Part shown: piece by piece, positions 57,869 through 64,000 of the stretch
Layout of the letters: every line of letters begins with the position of its first letter
Numbering within the stretch: the stretch's first letter is position 1
NCBI GenBank assembly: GCA_046758505.1
Contig: JBHIAH010000001.1
Coordinates: 1-64,000, forward strand
Reading direction: 5' to 3'
Length of the DNA: 64,000 nucleotides
Source: Candidatus Methylomirabilales bacterium
Lineage (GTDB): Bacteria; Methylomirabilota; Methylomirabilia; Methylomirabilales; CSP1-5
The notes under the pieces: generated by a model
Told to the model about the DNA's origin: nothing
The model's database searches: none
Seen by the model: the letters and a program-made list of their open reading frames with translations, nothing else
Made by a program: the position numbers and the translations under genes

Positions 57869-58726
57869 ATGAAACTGAAGAGAAGCGCCAACGCGGCGAG
57901 AGAGCACATCAACGAAATGATCGTCTCGGGTACCATCCTGCTCGATACAGTCACCAGTGAGTACCTCGCCGCAAAGGACTCCGGGGCGTTCGCTGAAAAA
58001 GAGCATATACCGCGATGGCAAGACCAATATATCGATTGGTTCCACAAGTGTTTGGCTGTTCTGCAAGAGGTTTTTCCCACCCCCGTCGAAGCCATCCGCG
58101 TCAAGAACGCCCAACCAGCCTCATCGTTTAAAAGCGGTGCCAACATCAAATGGAGCGGTTTGACCAATGACATAAAAGCCAAGCTGGCTGCGCTGGAGTC
58201 CGTCATCAACGCCGTCAAGGACTACTCGGTGGAAATGACAGAAGAGTTGTTCATTGAAGATATTGATTCCTTTGCAAAAGCACGGGATATCAATTCACGA
58301 CAGGCAAAGCGATTCCTGCCGCTGGACCTCTCGAGAGACCAAATACGAACCTTCCTCGAGGAAATAACCGGAGAGCCTTTCGACCAACCGGACGGAGATG
58401 CCGAGACGAAAGATGCAATTACCTCACACGTGAATGTGGGGGTAGAACGGCTGCGAGCCGCTTTCCTGCTGAAAGGCCGGGGAACGAAGGGAAAGCTGAC
58501 CGTCAAGAAATGCGGGAAGACTGGCGATCAGATCGCGAGGCTCGTCGAGGCCGCTGCCGACCTCTACACGATCGTCCACGTGAATGACATTGATGAAGGA
58601 GTCATACAGAATTTAAAGGGCAAGGTCCGCTCACTGAACGATCAAGGAAAGACCTGCCGGATGTGCATCATCGACGGCACGGACATCGCCCGGATCCTGC
58701 TGGCATACGGCAAGATCCCGCAGTAG
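57869..58726 (+). CDS. Hypothetical protein with possible restriction-endonuclease-like C-terminal domain
   Basis: IEDIDSF, AAFLLKG, GDQIARL, IIDGTDIARILLAYG; more AT-rich than its neighbours. Confidence 0.65.
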   Translation: MKLKRSANAAREHINEMIVSGTILLDTVTSEYLAAKDSGAFAEKEHIPRWQDQYIDWFHKCLAVLQEVFPTPVEAIRVKNAQPASSFKSGANIKWSGLTNDIKAKLAALESVINAVKDYSVEMTEELFIEDIDSFAKARDINSRQAKRFLPLDLSRDQIRTFLEEITGEPFDQPDGDAETKDAITSHVNVGVERLRAAFLLKGRGTKGKLTVKKCGKTGDQIARLVEAAADLYTIVHVNDIDEGVIQNLKGKVRSLNDQGKTCRMCIIDGTDIARILLAYGKIPQ

Positions 58727-59140
58727 TACGTCACTTTGAAATGCCTCATCGCGCGCAAGCCATCTTTGCTTCCGACAATTCCGAGGTGGGTACAAAGGCG
58801 CTTCACCCTCTGTTTACGACGGCGTACTGCGTATGCCGCCGTGCGCCGCCGTTCGACACCTGCGATGAGACGTTTCATAGCACGTACATCGGCCAGCTAC
58901 GCGAGCCTCGCACTCGTCGTATCGGTTCCCCTCCCCGGATCTGGGAGGACACGAGGCTGCGGGAGCAACATGAAGAGTGGATCAGCCGATATTCGTGAAA
59001 GCCCGCTCACCTCGGGTTCGAGCTCACGGCCTCGAATCCGCTGAAAGGAGGGGGGATTGGCCGGCACGGAGAGACGATCGGCCAGGTTGAGATCGTCGAA
59101 GGGATACATAGCGGACGCCGCCACAAGGACGGAAGCCAAA

Positions 59141-60394
59141 ATGTCCCAACCCCGCGGGAAGCGAGAATTTTCTTACGGCTGGGTGGTCGTGTTTGCAGGC
59201 ATGATCATCACGCTGGTCATTTACGGCATCATCGCCTCCCTCGCCGTCTTCTTCAAGCCGTTGGTCCAGAGCTTTCAGTGGAGCCGAGCCCAGACCTCAC
59301 TCATCTGGGCGGGCAACTGGGTGACGTTTGGCGTGCTCAGTTTGGTCATCGGGCCGCTCACCGATCGTTTTGGCGCCCGGAGAACGATGCTGGCCGGGGG
59401 ATGCATCTTTAGTCTGGGAATCCTTCTCAGCAGCCAGGCAACCTCTCTCTGGCACCTCTTCTTTCTCTTCGGCATGCTCGGGAGTGCGGGTCGAGCAGCC
59501 ACGTGGACCCCGCTGGTGGCCACCGTCACGCGGTGGTTCGAGCGGCGGCGAGGCCTGGCCCTGGGACTCGCCCAGTCCTACCAGCTCGGAGCGCTCGCCC
59601 TTGCTCCGTTGACTGCCTGGCTGGTAACCGCCTATGGGTGGCAGCGGGCCTTCACCCTGCTGGGTATGCTGGCGCTGGTGACGATCGTGCCCCTCACGTT
59701 TTTCATTCGCGAACCCCCAGGAAGTGCTGCGTCTCTGCTCCAGGGAAACGTGGCAGCCGGTCAATCCGACGACTTCTCTCTCCGCCAGGCTTTGGGCACC
59801 CGAGCCTTCTGGTCGATGAAACTCATGGTGCTGGGCTGCTGCGTCTGCCACTCCTTCCTTCTCCTCCACCTCGTGAACCACCTGACCGATCAGGGAATCG
59901 CAATCACCCGCGCGGCGGCCATCTTTGGGACGATGGCCGCCGCCGGCGCGCTCGGCAAGATCGCAAACGGCATCTGTGCCGACCGCTTCGGCGCCAAGCC
60001 CGCCATCGCCGCTTTTCTCTTCGTCCAGGGCTTGGGAGTCTTGCTGTTCCTGCACCCCGATCAGGCCTGGCTCCTGTACCCCGGGGCAGTCGTCTGGGGC
60101 ATGGCCCAGGGGGGACCAATGACCTGCTACCCGATGCTCTACCGGGAATATTTCGGGAAGCGCCACCTGGCGACCCTGATGAGCGGTTTCTATGCCATGG
60201 CGGGCCTGGGCATGGCGTTGGGGGGCTTGCTCGGCGGGATACTTTTCGATGCCACGAACGGCTACCATGTCTCCTTCCTCATCAGCCTGATCGGGGGTCT
60301 CGGAGCGGCCCTCATCGCCACGACTCTGCAGCCGCCCGATGGGCTCCTGGCGGCAGAGGCGAGGGGGATCGAGGAGAGCCCCGCGCCAGCGTAG
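59141..60394 (+). CDS. MFS transporter (OFA/monocarboxylate-like)
   Basis: YGWVVV, GPLTDRFGAR, WFERRRGLALG; about 12 TM segments. Confidence 0.92.
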   Translation: MSQPRGKREFSYGWVVVFAGMIITLVIYGIIASLAVFFKPLVQSFQWSRAQTSLIWAGNWVTFGVLSLVIGPLTDRFGARRTMLAGGCIFSLGILLSSQATSLWHLFFLFGMLGSAGRAATWTPLVATVTRWFERRRGLALGLAQSYQLGALALAPLTAWLVTAYGWQRAFTLLGMLALVTIVPLTFFIREPPGSAASLLQGNVAAGQSDDFSLRQALGTRAFWSMKLMVLGCCVCHSFLLLHLVNHLTDQGIAITRAAAIFGTMAAAGALGKIANGICADRFGAKPAIAAFLFVQGLGVLLFLHPDQAWLLYPGAVVWGMAQGGPMTCYPMLYREYFGKRHLATLMSGFYAMAGLGMALGGLLGGILFDATNGYHVSFLISLIGGLGAALIATTLQPPDGLLAAEARGIEESPAPA

Positions 60395-60399
60395 TTGAA

Positions 60400-61332
60400 A
60401 TGAATCTCCACAGGTTCGGGATTTTGTTCCTCATTCTTGTCCTGTGGCCTTGTGCGAAGGCCGCGGCGGGGCAGGCGGTGGGGCACTGCCGGCCGCCCCC
60501 GGCGGACGTGGCGTTCCCATCAGACTTCCCGGTCTTACGGGACCAGGAATGGGGATACCGGCTCGGCGGATGGGGGGGCCTCGCCAGGGGACATCCCCTA
60601 CACCACCACCCGGTCATCTTTGTCCACGGCAACACGCGTGATGCCGGCGATTGGGATGAGCCGGGGCGGAGCGTGAAGAAACGCTTCCTGGACGCGGGCT
60701 ATTCGCTGCAGGAGCTCTGGGCCCTTTCGTACAACGGCAAGGCAACCAAGGAGAACCCGCCCGCCTTCCGGTGTCGGACAGACAACCAAACCAACATCCC
60801 CGATCTGGCCGCGTTCGTGAAGGCGGTCCTAGCCTATACCGGCGCGGCAAAGGTGGACCTGATCGCCCACTCCCTGGGTGTCACCATCGCCCGGGGCATG
60901 CTATCGACCCATCCCGAGCTGTCTCAGGTCATCGAGGAATTTGTGGCCATCGCCGGTCCGAACCATGGGACGACTCTCTGCCGCCGTCTCTGGTTGATCT
61001 GGGTTGTCGGGTGGAACGATTTCATGGGATGCAACGAGTTGGCACCCGGTTCGGCCTGGCTCCGGAGTTTGAACGGTTCTCACGGTGAAAGGGAAGCACC
61101 TGCCCCGACGCGATACCTGACCATTTATGATGGGACAGGGAGCGACTTCTTCTACCTCTCCTGGTTGTTTCTGTTACCCGTGGGGGACCAGGACAGTCCC
61201 GCCCTGAAGGGGGCAGAGAACGTGAAGATGCCGGGACTGACCCACGACGAGCTGAGGACAGACGATCAGGCCGTCGCCACCTACCTCCGTTTTGTTCGGC
61301 AGGAAGAACCCCTCCACAGGGGTGATCGCTAA
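60400..61332 (+). CDS. Secreted alpha/beta hydrolase (lipase class 2-like)
   Basis: Signal peptide; PVIFVHGN, KVDLIAHSLG, PNHGT. Confidence 0.88.
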   Translation: MNLHRFGILFLILVLWPCAKAAAGQAVGHCRPPPADVAFPSDFPVLRDQEWGYRLGGWGGLARGHPLHHHPVIFVHGNTRDAGDWDEPGRSVKKRFLDAGYSLQELWALSYNGKATKENPPAFRCRTDNQTNIPDLAAFVKAVLAYTGAAKVDLIAHSLGVTIARGMLSTHPELSQVIEEFVAIAGPNHGTTLCRRLWLIWVVGWNDFMGCNELAPGSAWLRSLNGSHGEREAPAPTRYLTIYDGTGSDFFYLSWLFLLPVGDQDSPALKGAENVKMPGLTHDELRTDDQAVATYLRFVRQEEPLHRGDR

Positions 61333-61449
61333 AATCGCTTTGGGATCAGACAGCTATGATCTATAGTTGAGCATCACCCCCGCGGTGGGGAATCGGCGAG
61401 GTGTTCGACGGAGACGGCGAGGAGCCGATTGGCCGCCTGTCGCCCGTGC

Positions 61450-61465
61450 TGGCATAGCACCTGCA
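61450..61465 (+). promoter_or_regulatory. Sigma-54 promoter
   Basis: TGGCATAGCACCTGCA, GG-N10-GC, about 30 nt before the ATG. Confidence 0.6.
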
Positions 61466-61493
61466 AAATCCAGGACGAGCTATAGGGGGAGCT

Positions 61494-62234
61494 ATGCGGA
61501 ATCGCCCAATCTTGGTCGTTGACGACGATCCCCGGTCCTGCGAGCTGGTGGCTGCCATCCTCACGAACGCAGACTTCGATGTCCTCTCGGCCGCCGACGG
61601 CCCGGCAGCAATCGAACTGGCCCGCACCGCGTACCCTGCCGTCATCATCCTGGACATGATGATGCCCGAGATGGACGGCATCAGCACATTGCAGCGCCTG
61701 AAACGGGATCCCGCCCTCAAAGATATTCCCGTGATCGGCGTCACCGCCTCAATGGACTTGACGTACACCGAGAGGGCTTTTCGGGCGGGAGCCCAGTTCT
61801 TTCTCCCGAAGCCTTTTCGTGCGACGAGCCTGCTCCGCGTGGTGGAGTTGGCCGCCGACTCGGCTCACCGCGACACCCCGATGCATCGCCGCCGCCGCCA
61901 TCCCCGTCACCCGGCGGAGGTCCCCGTCTGCTGCTTTGTCCACGGGGACAAAGACACGACCTGGGAAGTCATGGGGAAGACAGGCAACGTAAGTCTCGGC
62001 GGCATGCTGCTCTTGCTGCCCCAAACATTGGTACCCGGGACCGCCCTTCAACTCGGGCTGGGGCTTCCCGAAGGCCCCATTACTGCCAAGGGCTCAATAA
62101 TGTGGCAGCACCCCGAACCCATGAGCGAGGGGAATTTTCATCACGGGGTCCGGCTTCTCGGCTTTATGGAAGACGCCGGCCTCTTACGGTACCGACGCTA
62201 CCTCAGCAAGATAGGTACGGCGGCTACTTCGTAA
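61494..62234 (+). CDS. Response regulator receiver fused to a PilZ domain
   Basis: ILVVDDD, LDMMMPEMDG, KPF; RRHPR and NVSLGG PilZ motifs. Confidence 0.9.
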   Translation: MRNRPILVVDDDPRSCELVAAILTNADFDVLSAADGPAAIELARTAYPAVIILDMMMPEMDGISTLQRLKRDPALKDIPVIGVTASMDLTYTERAFRAGAQFFLPKPFRATSLLRVVELAADSAHRDTPMHRRRRHPRHPAEVPVCCFVHGDKDTTWEVMGKTGNVSLGGMLLLLPQTLVPGTALQLGLGLPEGPITAKGSIMWQHPEPMSEGNFHHGVRLLGFMEDAGLLRYRRYLSKIGTAATS

Positions 62235-62407
62235 ATGTGCCGCCAGCCTCCCAGCCGCATCCCCTCCCCCTCCGGCCACCGCGAAAGTCTCATCCCACCA
62301 GAAGGCCCCTCCGGGCGAGACACTTCAATGCTTGCGGATCAGGACTGACCAAATTGTGACGGGGATGAACGTAAGGGGAACCGTGTGAACCCCGCAGGGG
62401 AAAATAG

Positions 62408-63409
62408 CTAGGGGATGGTGAGGGCAACCTTGCAGGCGGTGGGATCCTTGACGGCGGCCTCGAAGGCGTGGGAGACCTGGTCCAGCGGAAAGCGGTGGGT
62501 GATGAGCGGCTCAACGCGGACCATCCCCTGGGCGACCGGCACCAGCGAGCGCTGCAGCCACCAGCGCCGGTCCGGCCCCACCCGGTGCATCAGGGCGAGC
62601 GTCCGGATATCGAACCCATCGTCGTGCCAGCGCGAGACATTTAGTCGGACGGGATCCACGATCCACGAATAAATACCCAGGATTCCCCCGCTCCGGAGAA
62701 TGGCGCTCGCCGTGTTCACCGCCTGTTCGCTCCCCGCCGCCTCGATCACAACATCCACACCCCGCTTGTCCGTCCACCGCATGATCTGCTCAACCGGGTC
62801 CTCCTCGCCCGAGTGGATGCACCGGTCCGCCCCGAGCGATTCGGCCAATGCGAGCTTCTCCGGGACGACGTCGACGGCGATCACCCGGTGGGCCCCCTTG
62901 CCCTTGGCCACCTGGGCGATCACCTGCCCGGCGAACCCCATCCCGACAACGGCGACCCAATCGCCCAGCTCGACCCCAGACTGAAGCCCGGCATACATGG
63001 CGCAGGAAAGCGGCTCGCCGAGGGCGCCAACCTCGGGGGAGATCCCGTCGGGAATCTTGAGGACCCCTGCGTCGGGCGCCACCCAGTAGTCGCCCATCAC
63101 ATTATGCCAGCCGAGGACCATCACCCAGTCGCCGGGGGCGAATTCCCTCACCTCTCCCCCGACCTCAATCACCTCGCCGCCCCCCTCGTGACCGAGGGGC
63201 AACGGAAAGCCCGTGTGCCGCTCGGCAAATCCCTTGCCTTTGGCGACCGGGTTCGGGGGTGGTCGCTGGCCCTGAAAGAACATCTTGTCGGTCCCACAGA
63301 TCGAAGCCTGAAATCCCCTGACCAGGACATCGCGGGGGCCGACGCTGATCTCACGCTCCCGGAGCTCTACGCGACCCGGCTCGATCAGATACACGCTGCG
63401 GATCTTCAT
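62408..63409 (-). CDS. Zinc-binding (MDR) dehydrogenase
   Basis: ICGTD, GHEGGG, EPLSC, GMGFAG, LITHRFPL. Confidence 0.92.
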   Translation of the reverse strand: MKIRSVYLIEPGRVELREREISVGPRDVLVRGFQASICGTDKMFFQGQRPPPNPVAKGKGFAERHTGFPLPLGHEGGGEVIEVGGEVREFAPGDWVMVLGWHNVMGDYWVAPDAGVLKIPDGISPEVGALGEPLSCAMYAGLQSGVELGDWVAVVGMGFAGQVIAQVAKGKGAHRVIAVDVVPEKLALAESLGADRCIHSGEEDPVEQIMRWTDKRGVDVVIEAAGSEQAVNTASAILRSGGILGIYSWIVDPVRLNVSRWHDDGFDIRTLALMHRVGPDRRWWLQRSLVPVAQGMVRVEPLITHRFPLDQVSHAFEAAVKDPTACKVALTIP

Positions 63410-63416
63410 CGCGCCC

Positions 63417-64000
63417 TTACTTCTTGACCAGCTTTTTCGCCTCGGCGACGATATTCTCTTTCGACAGGCCGAACTTCTGATAGAGGGCTGCCGGGTCTCC
63501 CGACTCTCCGAAATCCCGAACGGCGATCCGCCGGACGATCCCTTCGCCTCGCTCGGCCACCACCTCGCAGACCGCGCCTCCCAGTCCTCCCCTGAGGCCG
63601 TGATCCTCGACGGTCAGGATCCGCCCCGAGCGCTGGATGCAATCGCGAATCAGCTCCTCGTCGATGGGTTTGAGGGTGTGGATGTTGACGGCCCGCACAT
63701 CGAGGCCCTGCCCTCTCAACTCCCGCGCAGCCTCACGGGCGTTATAGACGGTGCCGCCCGTGGCCATGATCGTGAGGTCCCGCCCCTCCCCTTCGCCGGC
63801 ATCCAGGATCACGCCCTTCCCGAACTCGAACCGATAGTCGGGGGGATTGACGTCCTCCACCTTTTGGCGGGTAAGACGGAGAAACACCGGACCTTGGTGC
63901 TCTGTGATGTACTCCACCACCCCTTCGGTCTCGACGGCGTCACCGGGTTGGATGACCGTCATATTGGGAAGAGAGCGCATGAGGGCGATGTCCTCAAGCG
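63417..64000 (-). CDS. Transketolase C-terminal subunit, truncated by the window edge
   Basis: EDIALMRSLPNM, GPVFLRL, TLKPID, EDH...GGLG, FGESG. Confidence 0.92.
   Translation of the reverse strand, partial: LEDIALMRSLPNMTVIQPGDAVETEGVVEYITEHQGPVFLRLTRQKVEDVNPPDYRFEFGKGVILDAGEGEGRDLTIMATGGTVYNAREAARELRGQGLDVRAVNIHTLKPIDEELIRDCIQRSGRILTVEDHGLRGGLGGAVCEVVAERGEGIVRRIAVRDFGESGDPAALYQKFGLSKENIVAEAKKLVKK

Noticed and set aside
52800..59050. Integron cassette array
   Set aside because: No RYYYAAC...GTTRRRY attC structures or integrase seen.
59503..61332. 609-aa ORF
   Set aside because: The first half is an alternative frame of the MFS gene; the lipase starts at 60400 with a signal peptide.

Overview
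A GC-rich bacterial chromosomal window from a diderm organism (complete tol-pal operon), with no rRNA, tRNA, CRISPR array or intact transposase that I could find. Left to right it holds: a toxin-antitoxin cluster; a Nudix-mutY-pduO-HAD operon; a 1010-aa CitE/CitE/MaoC fusion; an S8 protease facing a stand-alone copy of its own prodomain; an IclR-isomerase-gcl operon; tolQRAB-pal-cpoB; bshC and bshA; an Nma111/Deg7-like protease; pntAAB followed by ATP-grasp, NfuA and a radical SAM gene; a GntR-controlled operon (divergent 2-oxoacid:ferredoxin oxidoreductase, FAD/Fe-S oxidoreductase, TRAP transporter, followed by a hydratase and CoA-transferase); a kinase plus divergent enolase; and a run of short accessory genes. 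Signals the ORF track does not show: (1) the radical SAM gene reads through a UGA into a C-U-A-E-P tail with a SECIS-like hairpin, so it is very probably a selenoprotein in an uncharacterised ATP-grasp/NfuA cluster; (2) a roughly 335-nt promoter-to-terminator structured RNA enclosing a 13-codon ORF behind a 12-nt perfect Shine-Dalgarno; (3) four sigma-54 promoters, one driving a candidate sRNA and one a 55-aa ORF. All calls come from reading motifs by eye. No database searches were run and start codons are best estimates.
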